Below, one piece after another: positions 14,199 to 27,638 of a stretch of DNA of 64,000 nt (position 1 is its first letter; the number at the start of each line of letters is the position of its first letter). A program made the position numbers and the translations under genes. The notes beneath the pieces are model-generated. The model was not told the DNA's origin and did not search any database. It saw nothing but the letters and a program-made list of their open reading frames with translations. Origin of the DNA: Tubiluchus corallicola (taxonomy: Eukaryota > Animalia > Priapulida); NCBI GenBank assembly GCA_030141605.1, contig JAQGDQ010000845.1, positions 1-64,000 on the forward strand, read 5' to 3'.

Positions 14199-14357
14199 GA
14201 GGAAGAAGAGGAGGAGGAGGAAGAGGAGACAGTAGATCCAGAGGTACAGAGGAAGGCGGAGGAGCAGGCCAGAAAGGAGGCAGAGGAGAAGCGGAAAAAA
14301 GAAGAAGAGGAACGGAAAAAACAGGCCGTGGTAGACAGGGAGAAAGCCAAAGAAGAT
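14199..14357 (+). CDS. TnI: Troponin I coding exon 3 (EEEE...QRKAEEQARKEAEEKRKKEEEERKKQAVVDREKAKED)
   Basis: AAG acceptor, GTGAGT donor, 159 nt, phase 0 to 0, charged helical sequence. Confidence 0.85.
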
Positions 14358-14842
14358 GTGAGTCGTAGAAAAAAATGATTTCTGTCAGAAATGAAAAGAA
14401 ATGCTTAAATATGTAACATTGTGATATTCAGCATGCTGTGTTTGCTTGTGGCAATACTGGAACCCAGGTCGTATCAGAGAGAGACACTGACTAGCAGACG
14501 ACTATTGACCCACGTTTGGATGCATCTATAGTTGGATAGATCCTTTGCAATCAGAGAGAACTAGTATGACAAATAAAAATGCCTAGAGCAAGCAATGAAC
14601 TCAGTTGGTTGTCCATGCTGTGACTAAGTAGTCTTTACATGACTTGTAAGTGTCCCGAAGCAAAAGTTTGTACCACTCAGCCACTCACAATAAAGTTACA
14701 ACAGACTAGAAAGCAAAACTTGTTGCGAGTTTCCCTCCGTCACATTTCGCATAATTATAGTGAGTTTTGGTATTTTTAGTTTCATTCATTGTAAATTTTA
14801 ACTGCTATGCTTTTAGGGCTTTTATGCTGAAATAAATAGTAA

Positions 14843-16183
<1,341 letters not shown>

Positions 16184-16460
16184 CGTACAGAAAGCATGAG
16201 CTGACACTCAATTCTCCATTCACTGCATAATGGAGTAACTCACCAAGGCGTTCACACTAGACAGTAAATCAACTCGCAGAAACTGTCACAGAGTTTGCAG
16301 TAACTTGTCGACAGTAACTCATAAAGCAGTTCACACTTGCGAGTTTGCCTGATAGAGAGAAAACTCGCTAATGTGAACGCCCCCTAAGATTTTGTCGTAC
16401 AAAACTTTCAATTGTTCCTCTTTTTCCCAAAATAATTAAATTTTCATTTTCTTTTCGTAG

Positions 16461-16583
16461 GAAGCACGGAGAAAGGTGGAAGAGCGAGAAAGAAAAAAGG
16501 CAGAGGTCAGGAAGCGACTGGAGGAAAGTTCCCAGAAGAAAAAGAATGGTTTCCTGACAGGAGCTCGCAAGAAGAAGCTGAAG
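16461..16583 (+). CDS. TnI: Troponin I coding exon 4 (EARRKVEERERKKAEVRKRLEESSQKKKNGFLTGARKKKLK)
   Basis: Matches the invertebrate TnI motif RKKAEVRKRLEE...KKGFMTPERKKKLR; canonical splice sites. Confidence 0.95.
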
Positions 16584-16876
16584 GTACCACGAGATTTTCT
16601 GCAAAAATACTCCATTGAAGATCACTAAAACACAAAAAAGTTGTGTACGATAATTATAGAGATAAAACAGTGAATTGCAAGAGATCTGTGTCTAGTCTAG
16701 TCTGACATGGAAAGTTACAGAAAAGCTGTCATCAATTTGCCAGAGCCAAAATTAGGATAATCAGAAACACATGCTAAAGTTACGAACTGAGTCATGTCTT
16801 GGAAGAAGACGCGGCTCAAAGTTATTTGCAAGTAACGAAGAAATTGAAACATTTTTTATATTACAGAAAACATTTA

Positions 16877-17290
16877 TAGTTAAAACAACAGAACTTTATT
16901 AAAACTTTTACTTTACATAGTTAAAATTATGTCAAACGTTACGACAGACCACTGCTGTCATCATCAGTGGTAAATTTTGCAAACGTACAACCAGTTTATG
17001 CAGGCAGAGCCTACAGTAGAGAACACTATGCACTAAGTGATTATTTAACAGAAGCCAAATAGGTAATGAATAAGCAGACCTGTATCAATTTCTTTACTGG
17101 TCTGCTTATTTGTTACCTATTTGGCTTCTGTTAAATACTAAGTTAGTGCATAAAAGGCTCATTCCATATAAACTGGTTGTATGTTTGTAAAATTTACCAC
17201 TGATGATGACAGCAGTAGTCTGCTGAAACGTTTGGCATGATTTTAACTACGTAAAGCAAAAGGCGTAATAAAGTTGTGTTGTTTTAGCTA
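16877..17290. mobile_element. Inverted pair of Penelope-like terminal fragments (foldback) with hammerhead motifs
   Basis: About 205-bp arms in inverted orientation; each has CCA-CTGATGA-stem-G(A/T)AACGTT-TG(G/A); related copy at 40263-40980. Confidence 0.65.
17197..17235 (+). ncRNA. Minimal type I hammerhead ribozyme motif (Penelope-type)
   Basis: CCA CTGATGA T GACAGCAGTAGTCTGCT GAAA CGTT TGG; core boxes intact, stem I CCA/TGG, stem II imperfect. Confidence 0.55.
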
Positions 17291-17587
17291 GAAGCAGAAG
17301 CATTTGTAAGAAACTAGATAAATATGATGGTGACCATCCAAAATCGTGTAAAAAGTATGATTATGAAACTTGACTTCTGAATTTTTTTAGTGTTAAATTT
17401 TTGTAATGACTCTGGCATATTCAATTTATGTAACAATTTTTCCATTAATTGCCCTCTGGAATTGATTTTTGTGTGTGTTATTTTTTAAGAACCCTTAAGG
17501 TCGTTTAAGAACGGCTCTTGAAGAAACGATACGCACAAAAATCAATTCCACAGACAAATCGAGAAACAGTTTACTAAATTGAACGTT

Positions 17588-18247
17588 GAAGCTTCAAAAT
17601 CAAACATAGATAAAACTGTATCTATAAATAAGCCTTCGCTTTTTGAAGCTTTAAAATCAAACATAGATAAAACTGTATCTATAAATAAGCCTTCTCTTTT
17701 TGAAGCTTTAAAATCAAACATAGATAAAACTGTATCTATAAATAAGCCTTCTCCTTCTGAAGCTTTAAAATTAAACATAGATAAAACTGCATCTATAAAT
17801 AAGCCTTCTCTTTCTGAAGCTTTAAAATCAAACATAGATAAAACTGTATCTATAAATAAGCCTTCGCTTTTTGAAGCTTTAAAATCAAACATAGATAAAA
17901 CTGTATCTATAAATAAGCCTTCTCTTTCTGAAGCTTTAAAATCAAACATAGATAAAACTGTATCTATAAATAAGCCTTCTCTTTCTGAAGCTTTAAAATC
18001 AAACATAGATAAAACTGTATCTATAAATAAGCCTTCTCTTTCTGAAGCTTTAAAATTAAACATAGATAAAACTGCATCTATAAATAAGCCTTCTCTTTCT
18101 GAAGCTTTAAAATCAAACATAGATAAAACTGTATCTATAAATAAGCCTTCGCTTTTTGAAGCTTTAAAATCAAACATAGATAAAACTGTATCTATAAATA
18201 AGCCTTCTCTTTCTGAAGCTTTAAAATCAAACATAGATAAAACTGTC
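17588..18247. repeat. 57-bp tandem repeat, about 11.5 copies
   Basis: Period 57; ORFs on both strands arise from the 3n unit length. Confidence 0.97.
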
Positions 18248-18301
18248 TAGCAATACGTAACTGAACGAAGCATACCGAATTACGTATTGCTCTACCCAAT
18301 T

Positions 18302-19085
18302 NNNNNNNNNNNNNNNNNNNNNNNNNNNNNNNNNNNNNNNNNNNNNNNNNNNNNNNNNNNNNNNNNNNNNNNNNNNNNNNNNNNNNNNNNNNNNNNNNNN
18401 NNNNNNNNNNNNNNNNNNNNNNNNNNNNNNNNNNNNNNNNNNNNNNNNNNNNNNNNNNNNNNNNNNNNNNNNNNNNNNNNNNNNNNNNNNNNNNNNNNNN
18501 NNNNNNNNNNNNNNNNNNNNNNNNNNNNNNNNNNNNNNNNNNNNNNNNNNNNNNNNNNNNNNNNNNNNNNNNNNNNNNNNNNNNNNNNNNNNNNNNNNNN
18601 NNNNNNNNNNNNNNNNNNNNNNNNNNNNNNNNNNNNNNNNNNNNNNNNNNNNNNNNNNNNNNNNNNNNNNNNNNNNNNNNNNNNNNNNNNNNNNNNNNNN
18701 NNNNNNNNNNNNNNNNNNNNNNNNNNNNNNNNNNNNNNNNNNNNNNNNNNNNNNNNNNNNNNNNNNNNNNNNNNNNNNNNNNNNNNNNNNNNNNNNNNNN
18801 NNNNNNNNNNNNNNNNNNNNNNNNNNNNNNNNNNNNNNNNNNNNNNNNNNNNNNNNNNNNNNNNNNNNNNNNNNNNNNNNNNNNNNNNNNNNNNNNNNNN
18901 NNNNNNNNNNNNNNNNNNNNNNNNNNNNNNNNNNNNNNNNNNNNNNNNNNNNNNNNNNNNNNNNNNNNNNNNNNNNNNNNNNNNNNNNNNNNNNNNNNNN
19001 NNNNNNNNNNNNNNNNNNNNNNNNNNNNNNNNNNNNNNNNNNNNNNNNNNNNNNNNNNNNNNNNNNNNNNNNNNNNNNNNNNNNN
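18302..19085. other. Assembly gap (784 N)
   Basis: Run of N lying between two tandem arrays. Confidence 1.
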
Positions 19086-19443
19086 TCATGAGGACCTTAT
19101 AGGGGTATGTGGACCTCACAGGGGTATGTGGACCTCATAGGGGTATGTAGATCTCATGAGGACCTCATAGGGGTACGTGGATCTCTTAAGGGTACGTGGA
19201 CCTCACAGGGGTACGTGGACCTCATAGGGGTATGTAGACCTCATGTGGACCTCACAGGGGTACGTGGACCTCACAGGGGTACGTGGACCTCATAGGGGTA
19301 CGTGGACCTCATAGGGGTATGTAGACCTCATGTGGACCTCATAGGGGTACGTGGACCTCACAGGGGTATGTAGACCTCATGTGGGCCTCATAGGGGTACG
19401 TGGACCTTACAGGGGTATGTGGACCTCATAGGGGTACGTGGAC
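19086..19443. repeat. 19-bp minisatellite (GTGGACCTCATAGGGGTAC)n
   Basis: Period 19 with partial units. Confidence 0.93.
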
Positions 19444-19606
19444 TGGCTACGTGTACGTAGATCAAAATGGCTGCGCCTAACGGTCATCGTTGGACTTTGA
19501 ATTTACAAGTTTTGAAAATGCTACTACTAACGCAAGCCTTGTTACAAAATTTCAAAACGAATTTTTTAAGTTCATTTATGAAGCATGTCTTCTTGTGCTT
19601 TAATAC

Positions 19607-19987
19607 TGTAACGGATCCGGGTTCCAGCGAGGATCCGTCTCAGGATGTATCCCACTTCTGACACCAGTGTAACGGATCCGGGTTCCGTCTCAGGATGTAT
19701 AGAGCGGCATACAAGTTATGAACGATTACGGCAGACGACAAAAGTAAAACGAATATGAGTGTAAAATAAACTTTAATGCATAAACAGTAGCTCCATGACA
19801 TGTGAACAGACTTTTGTATAAAAATCAGCAAACCTACAGCATTCACCCTTACAGACAGAAAGGCCAGGTTGGAATCGTCAAATTACGGCGTGCATTCTGT
19901 TTTATACAGGGACATTTGCATTACTGGGCTTCTCAACCATACCCATTACTAACATTAGGGGGTTGGTCATAATCTGCCTTCGTAACA
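19607..19987 (-). mobile_element. Solo LTR (Gypsy-like), copy 1
   Basis: TGT...ACA ends, 4-bp TSD ATAC; inverted homologue at 47294-47701. Confidence 0.85.
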
Positions 19988-20032
19988 ATACCATCTATCA
20001 AAAGATTAATTTTCTGGAAATATCTCTTGCAG

Positions 20033-20177
20033 AGCAACTGGAAGATCTATGTAACAAACTTCTTTCTCACATTGAACAAGTTGAAGGAACACGCTACGAC
20101 TTGTTGTACAAGATCAAGGAGCATGAGAACACCATTATGGACATGCAGTATGCAGTCAATGACTTAAGGGGAAAATT
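20033..20177 (+). CDS. TnI: Troponin I exon (QLEDLCNKLLSHIEQVEGTRYDLLYKIKEHENTIMDMQYAVNDLRGKF)
   Basis: Troponin coiled coil with YDL and VNDLRGKF motifs; ttgcag and GTAAGT splice sites. Confidence 0.96.
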
Positions 20178-20197
20178 GTAAGTATCAAAGCTTAGTC

Positions 20198-20491
20198 CAG
20201 TGGTTCCTAGCCTGGGTTCGATCGAACCCTAGGGGTTCGGTGAGTCGATCTCAGGGGTTCGGCAGAGCCTCCGCATGTATGTAATTTGTTGTGAGTTTAT
20301 GCATTGTGTTGGTTTTGTTCTTTGAACAAGGTGATGTTCATGCACGGCTCATTTTGTGTACCAGTAAAAAACATATCTATGTCTTGAATTTGAAAAAAAA
20401 TCATATTTTAGTTTTCACTAAAGAGGGGTTCGGTGAATGCGCATATGAAACTGGTGGGGTTCGGTACCTCCAACAAGGTTAAGAACCACTG
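20198..20491. mobile_element. hAT (Charlie-like) MITE
   Basis: CAGTGGTTC...GAACCACTG TIRs, perfect 8-bp TSD GCTTAGTC. Confidence 0.92.
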
Positions 20492-20753
20492 GCTTAGTCC
20501 TTTAGTTTGAATTGTTATAATAACCAAAGATGGCGCCACAGATGACGCAATAAGTTAGCCATTTTATACAAGAATATTTAGGGTTAGTGATGGAACTGAC
20601 GAAGCTGTCTGGCAGTTATGGAATGTAGTACGAATGTACACTGAACCGAAGGGGAGCCAGGATGCTGGCCAAAAGTATCACAGCCACAATCTCGGCTTAA
20701 CTGGATTTATTAAATGAACGAGTGTTGTCAATGTTTTTTGCTTTTCTTTTCAG

Positions 20754-20795
20754 CATCAAGCCCTCATTGAAGAAGGTGTCCAAATATGACACCAA
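20754..20795 (+). CDS. TnI: Troponin I inhibitory-peptide exon (F-IKPSLKKVSKYDT-K)
   Basis: GKF-IKPSLKKV is the TnI inhibitory region; phase 2 to 2. Confidence 0.96.
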
Positions 20796-21310
20796 GTAAG
20801 AATTTTTTGTTTGCATGTAATAACTATTACTGTAAAATATATTTAAAAAAAAGTTTATTAAGAACTTAAGGCGTGACTTGATGACAACGTTGTCATTATA
20901 TTGGTATGCCAGCACTACGTCACCATTCCAGTGTGCATCACTGATTCACCATAAAACATGTGATTAATCTTACTGGCAAGATAAGGTCATTCAAACTTTT
21001 GCTTAGTTAGTGAAGAGTATGCTACGAATTGCCTGATTATTTCTTCCAGCTTTACATAACTTTCTCTGAGCTTGTTTCAAATGACCCACAATTAAAATGG
21101 TTCCATCTAACGGTGGTCATCGCGGAGTTCAAATTTACAACTTTCATACAGCGTCACTGTTAACATATCCAACAACATATCACATTGGATCGTCTGTATC
21201 CAATAAGACTGCATGTAAGTGATATAAAATTTCGATGAACTATGAACTACGAATTTTATTTAACAGATCAAAAAATACAATTTCAAACACATCAATAAAT
21301 TTAAAATAAA

Positions 21311-22020
21311 ATAATTTGAGTAGTGCGAGGTGAGTGTACGACCATACGGTCATTAACACACTCACCTTACTTAAATGAAAAATTGTGTTTTGTTGGTGGT
21401 TGTGTTTTTGGTGTGGGGTGGTGTTGGTTTTTTTTTGTGTTTGTTTGTGTTGTGTTTTGTGGTGTTGTTAATAATTTGAGTAGTGCGAGGTGAGTGTACA
21501 CCATAGGTCATTAACACACTCACCTTACTTAAATGAAAAATGATTATAGTTATGCATGCTTCTGTAGATAACTTAATGTAAATAAGGATGAAGTAAATGA
21601 TGTAATAATTTGAGTAGTGCGAGGTGAGTGTACGACCATACGGTCATTAACACACTCACCTTACTTAAATGAAAAAATGATTATAGTTATGCATGCTTCT
21701 GTAGATAACTTAATGTAAATAAGGATGAAGTAAATGATGTAATAATTTGAGTAGTGCGAGGTGAGTGTACGACCATACGGTCATTAACACACTCACCTTA
21801 CTTAAATGAAAAAATGATTATAGTTATGCATGCTTCTGTAGATAACTTAATGTAAATAAGGATGAAGTAAATGATGTAATAATTTGAGTAGTGCGAGGTG
21901 AGTGTACGACCATACGGTCATTAACACTCAGCTTACTTAAATGAAAAAAATGATTATAGTAATGCGTGCTTTTGTATAGATAACTTAATGTAAATAAGGA
22001 TGAAGTAAATGGTGTAATAA
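21311..22020. repeat. 137-bp tandem repeat, about 5 copies
   Basis: Units start at 21601, 21738, 21875. Confidence 0.92.
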
Positions 22021-22349
22021 TAGCAATGGTATAAGAGCAATAAACATGAAAGTTGAGAAAGGAAAACATAATATGTAATTACGACTCTCACTTAATGAGT
22101 GAAAAATTTTAAATAGTTACGAATTTTAATTATGTGATTATCTGTCAATGCAGCAACAAGCAGCAATAACTACATATTTATATGATAATGCATATTGTTA
22201 ATTCCACAGAAGAGTACCATAATGTGATGGTTTCGATGTGAATTTTTTATAAGCCTTAGTTACGAAAGGTGTTTTCTTGTGCTTTAAAGCCAGTTCACAT
22301 GAAAAATGGTACTATAATTTTGGAAACTATGACACTTCCGTTCTTGCAG

Positions 22350-22458
22350 ATTCGCCAAGATGCAGCAGAATTTGAAGAAGGAAACAACAAACTTCCGCGA
22401 GAGCCTGAAGAGTTCTGGAAAGGACAAATTCGCTCTGGAACCAGAAACAACAACAGAC
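22350..22458 (+). CDS. TnI: Troponin I exon (FAKMQQNLKKETTNFRESLKSSGKDKFALEPETTTD)
   Basis: KFAK...NFRxxLK...F motif; phase 2 to 0. Confidence 0.94.
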
Positions 22459-22569
22459 GTATGTCTCAATCATCATGGCTACTTTGTCCCAACTAAATCT
22501 TTATTAGCAGTCAATATTTACCCAAAGACATGATAAAATTGTTTTTTCAAAAAATCACCTGAAACAATG

Positions 22570-23310
22570 CTAGTGGTCACTCGGGTAAGAGGTCCAGAGT
22601 AACGGACTTAGTGCCAATGCCACTCGGGCAAGGGGTCCAGAGTAAAAGAATTAGTGCCAATGGCCACTCGGTTATACGGTCCAGTAGTAATTGAATTAGT
22701 GCCAATGGCCACTCAGGCAAGGAGTCCAGAGTAAAAGAATTAGTACCAATGGGCACTCGGGTAAACTGTCCAGAGAAATGGAATTAGAGCCAATGCCACT
22801 TGGGTAAGGAGTCCAAAGAAATTGAATTAGTTCAGTCCAGTAGTAAATGAATTAGTGACAATGGCCACCTGGGCAAACGATCCAGCAGAATGGAATTAGT
22901 GCCAATGGCAACTCGGATAAACAGTCCAGTAGTAATGAAATTATTGCGAATGCCACTCAGCATAGAATTAGTGCCAATAGCAACTCGGGTAAACAGTCCA
23001 GTAGTAATGAAATTATTGCCAATGCCACTCAGCATAGTTGTCCAGTAGTAATTGAATTAGTGCCAATGGCCACTCGGTTATACGGTCCAGTAGTAATTAA
23101 ATTATTGCCAATGCCACTCAGCATAGTTGTCCAGAAAAATGGAATTAGTGCCAATAGCAACTCGGGTAAACAGTCCAGTAGTAATTAAATTATTGCCAAT
23201 GCCACTCAGCATAGTGGTCCAGAAAAATGGAATTAGTGCCAATAGCAACTCGGGTAAATAGTCCTGTAGTAATGCAATAATTGCCAATGCAAAAGGGGTC
23301 CAGAGAAATT
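22570..23310. repeat. Diverged tandem repeat, unit about 41-45 bp
   Basis: Recurring GAATTAGTGCCAATGGCCACTCGGG...GTCCAG. Confidence 0.88.
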
Positions 23311-23552
23311 CCACAGATAAGAAGTACGAGGGAAAAAACTAACTAGAGGCACTGACAGCATTTCTGTAGATGTAATGACAAAAGAAGATTAATAGAGGTA
23401 CTGAAAACTTCTGATGAGCAAAGGACTGCAGGATTGATCCCAGTTAGATGTGGGCAATTGAAGGTCAAAGGTCAAAACTTTGTAGTAGTTTTGTATATGA
23501 TTACTGAACTTCATAATGCAGTCTTTTAAGATGGCGTCAATGTTTTTTTCAG

Positions 23553-23585
23553 ACAAAGAAACCGGACTGGGCTGCCAAGCACTAA
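23553..23585 (+). CDS. TnI: Troponin I terminal exon (TKKPDWAAKH*)
   Basis: tttttttcag acceptor; KPDW C-terminal motif of invertebrate TnI; TAA stop. Confidence 0.9.
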   Translation, partial: TKKPDWAAKH

Positions 23586-24427
23586 ATTTCATCATCAACA
23601 CCTGCGTTGCCATAGCGACACCATCAACACGTGTAGCAAGACATTGCAACACGGCGGCAACTACAACGGCAAGTGGAAACCCATCTTCCGGGAGTCACGG
23701 CTGCAACTTAAAGATGCGATATATGATGAAATCAGCTTCGTCTGGTTAAATTCTGATGTTATTCGGTTTTTAAGTGTGACGTGCCCCCCAGGAGAGGGTT
23801 TGTGCTTGTCGCCATCATCATCATCATCATGCGCATCGTCATTGACACTGCAGCCATTCAAGATTTTCTAATCGTTCTTCTTGCCTGTATAATGAACACC
23901 GAGTCTGTCTATTTATATTTTTCTGTAATTTCACTTTTATCGATAGTTATTAGCAGATCCGAAGTTTCTTCATCATCATTTGCTTCATGGTTACCAGAAG
24001 CGTTGAGGTATTTGCTTCTGTCTTCTCTTACTTTCGCTACAACATTGACACTACTGTCCGTAGCTTAGCGTATATTGTTGTAGATGAATAGTGGCTAGAA
24101 TATGCTGTACTTTGACAAGCAGGTAACTTGGCTATTTTATCTCTAACACTTTGACTATTAGTTGTAAGTTCTTGTTTCTAGTGAGTAGTTGTATGGAAGC
24201 GTATGATACGTATATTTTATTGGTTGACATGGGGAATTTTCATATATATAACTGATATTTAAGCACTTCGTACTAGTGAAATTGTGTGTTGTTTTTTTGT
24301 AACTATTTTGCATTGCATTGAACTCGATTATTGTTATCTTTGTTACCTAAATACACGAAGGTCTGTGAGATACGATGAATTGTGGTGAACAAAACTGTTG
24401 AGCCTATTTATCAAAAACGAGAATGAC

Positions 24428-25190
24428 TACAAGACTGCACGGCGCCACAGCGAAACAAACCTGTTTATAAGGTTACATCGTAAGTAATCCAGAACGAATA
24501 CAAGAATGCACGGCGCCACAGCGAAACAAACCTGTTTATAAGGTTACATCATAAGTAACCCAGAACGAATACAAGACTGCACGGCGCCACAGCGAAACAA
24601 ACTTGTTTATAAGGTTACATCGTAAGTAATCCAGAACGAATACAAGAATGCACGGCGCCACAGCGAAACAAACCTGTTTATAAGGTTACATCATAAGCAA
24701 CCCAGAACGAACACAAGACTGCACGGCACCACAGCGAAACAAACCTGTTTATAGGGTTACATTGTAAGTAACCCAGAACGAATACAAGACTGCACGGCAC
24801 CACAGCGAAACAAACCTGTTTATAGGGTTACATCGTGAGTAACCCAGAACGAATACAAGACTTACGGTGCCACAGCGAAACAAACCTGTTTATAGGGTTA
24901 CATTGTAAGTAATCCAGAACGAATACAAGAATGCACGGCGCCACAGCGAAACAAACCTGTTTATAGGGTTACATTGTATGTAATCCAGAACGAATACAAG
25001 ACTGCACGGCGCGACAGCGAAACAAACCTGTTTATAAGGTTACATCGTGAGTAACCCAGAACGAATACAAGACTGCACGGCGCCACAGCGAGACAAACCT
25101 GTTTATAAGGTTACATTGTAAGCAACCCAGAACGAATATAAGATTGCACGGCGCCACAGCGAGAGAAACCTGTCTATAAGGTTACATCGT
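24428..25190. repeat. 71-bp tandem repeat, about 11 copies
   Basis: TACAAGACTGCACGGCGCCACAGCGAAACAAACCTG..., period 71. Confidence 0.96.
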
Positions 25191-26154
25191 GTGTAGGTAA
25201 CCCAATAAATTGAGTGAAGAATGACGACAACTTTGAAATTCAACGTACGTGACCTTTCAAAATCTGACCACATCTACCACTAAGCTTTGCAGGTCGCGTT
25301 GGACATGGTCAGTAAGACCAGCAGTTGTACAAAGTGGAAACACTCTGAAATAGTGTTGACCAAACTAAGGATCAGACGTCAAATCAATTATTTACGTAAT
25401 GACATGATAATTTTTGAGATAAACCCCTAGAAGTGTGTATAGTGCAAAATTTGGAGCACTTTAAAGTTTAAGTCTAGTGATTTTCAAAATTCTGTTACGC
25501 TTTTTCCCGAAGATGGTTCTTCAAGCTACAGGCTAGGGCAACTTTTAATGTTGAACGGTTGTGGCAGTACTAGTATCCAACTTTTTATCAAAGATAACCC
25601 TCTAAATCATTCAGCTGTTCCAGACTTCGAGATGTTGATTTAGCTACCCACAGATGCATATACTGTCACTGAGCTAAGCAGCTGTAACTTAAAGCCTACA
25701 GGATTGACTTCCCTGCTGGTCGTCACCAATCCATTTACTAATCAGCTCTTTTGTTAGTTAACTTTCACAGCAAGGCACACACCATGACAGCGTAGCTTTT
25801 CACCTCAAACATTTAATGAAGATGAGACAGAACAAAAGTACCACAAATTACAGTAACATCTGAAAATAACAACTAATTTTATTATGAATGAAAAACAGTC
25901 AACAGTACTTGTAAACATTTCAAAGTATCCCATAAATAAATAAAGTAAATAAATATATGTAAATAAATTAATCTCATCAGCCCTTATATGAATTTGCCTA
26001 GTGGGGGAAGAGAAAGGAATTTTAAGATCTCAAACAACTTTCCATACAAAGTTATATTGCTTGGTATTACGTGCTTACCTGTTTAAAAGGCATGTAATCG
26101 AAAAAGGAAACTCTTAACAATTTACAATATTTGCATAAACTGGTAAAACATCGC

Positions 26155-27638
26155 TTACTCACCTTCCCAGTGTGTACCACTGACTCACCTTCCCAGTGTG
26201 TACCACTGACTCACCTTCCCAGTGTGCACCACTGACTCACCTTCCCAGTGTGCACCACTGACTCACCTTCCCAGTGCGCACCACTGACTCACCTTCCCAG
26301 TGCGCACCATTGACTCACCTACCCAGTGCACACCACTGATTCACCTTCCCAGTGTGTACCACTGATTCACCTTCCCAGTGCGCGCCACTGATTCACCTTC
26401 TCAGCGTGTACCATTGACTCACCTACCCAGTGCACACCACTGATTCACCTTCCCAGTGCGCACCACTGATTCACCTTCCCAGTGCACACCACTGATTCAC
26501 CTTCCCAGTGCACACCACTGATTCACCTTCTCAGTGTGTACCACTGATTCACCTTCCCAGTGCGCACCACTGATTCACCTTCTCAGTGTGTACCACTGAT
26601 TCACCTTCCCAGTGCGCACCATTGACTCACCTTCCCAGTGCGCACCACTGACTCACCTTCCCAGTGCGCACCACTCACCTTCCCAGTGTGCACCACTGAT
26701 TCACCTTCCCAGTGTGCACCACTGATTCACCTTCCCAGTGCGCACCACTCACCTTCTCAGTGTGTACCACTGATTCACCGTCCCAGTGTGCACCACTGAC
26801 TTACCTTCCCAGTGTGTACCACTGACTCACCTTCCCAGTGCGCACCACTGATTCACCTTCCCAGTGCGCACCACTGATTCACCTTCTCAGTGTGTACCAC
26901 TGATTCACCTTCCCAGTGTGTACCACTGACTCACCTACCCAGTGCACACCACTGATTCACCTTCCCAGTGTGTACCACTGATTCACCTTCCCAGTGCGCA
27001 CCATTGACTCACCTTCCCAGTGCGCACCACTGATTCACCTTCCCAGTGCGCACCACTGACTCACCTTCCCAGTGCGCACCACTGACTCACCTTCCCAGTG
27101 TGTACCACTGACTCACCTTCCCAGTGTGCACCACTGACTCACCTACCCAGTGTGCACCACTGATTCACCTTCTCAGTGCGCACCACTGATTCACCTTCCC
27201 AGTGCGCGCCACTGATTCACCTTCTCAGCGTGTACCACTGACTCACCTTCCCAGTGTGCACCACTGACTCACCTACCCAGTGCGCACCACTGATTCACCT
27301 TCTCAGTGTGTACCACTGACTCACCTTCCCAGTGTGCACCACTGACTCACCTACCAAGTGTGCACCACTGATTCACCTTCCCCGTGTGCACCACTGACTC
27401 ACCTACCCAGTGTGTACCACTGACTCACCTTCTCAGTGCACACCACTAACTCACCTTCTCAGTGTGCACCACTGACTCACCTACCAAGTGTGCACCACTT
27501 ACTCACCTTCCCAGCGAGCACCACTGACTCACCTTCCCCATGGTGCACCACTGACTCACCTTCCCAGCGTGCACCACTGACTCACCTTCCCCATGGTGCA
27601 CCACTGACTCACCTACCCAGCGTGCACCACTGATTCAC
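26155..27638. repeat. 26-bp minisatellite (CACCACTGACTCACCTTCCCAGTGTG)n, about 57 copies
   Basis: Period 26 seen directly. Confidence 0.97.

Noticed and set aside
17542-18250. 223- and 230-aa repetitive ORFs on both strands
   Set aside because: Products of a stop-free 57-bp (3n) intronic tandem repeat; no splice or homology support.
18287-19119. ORFs made of X residues
   Set aside because: Translation through the N gap.
21385-21470. G/T-only tract replacing part of one 137-bp unit
   Set aside because: Loss of A and C with roughly retained length looks like low-quality base calls rather than biology; needs raw reads.
23516-24068. Several short overlapping ORFs after the last TnI exon
   Set aside because: They lie in the presumed TnI 3' UTR; only TKKPDWAAKH* fits the spliced frame.
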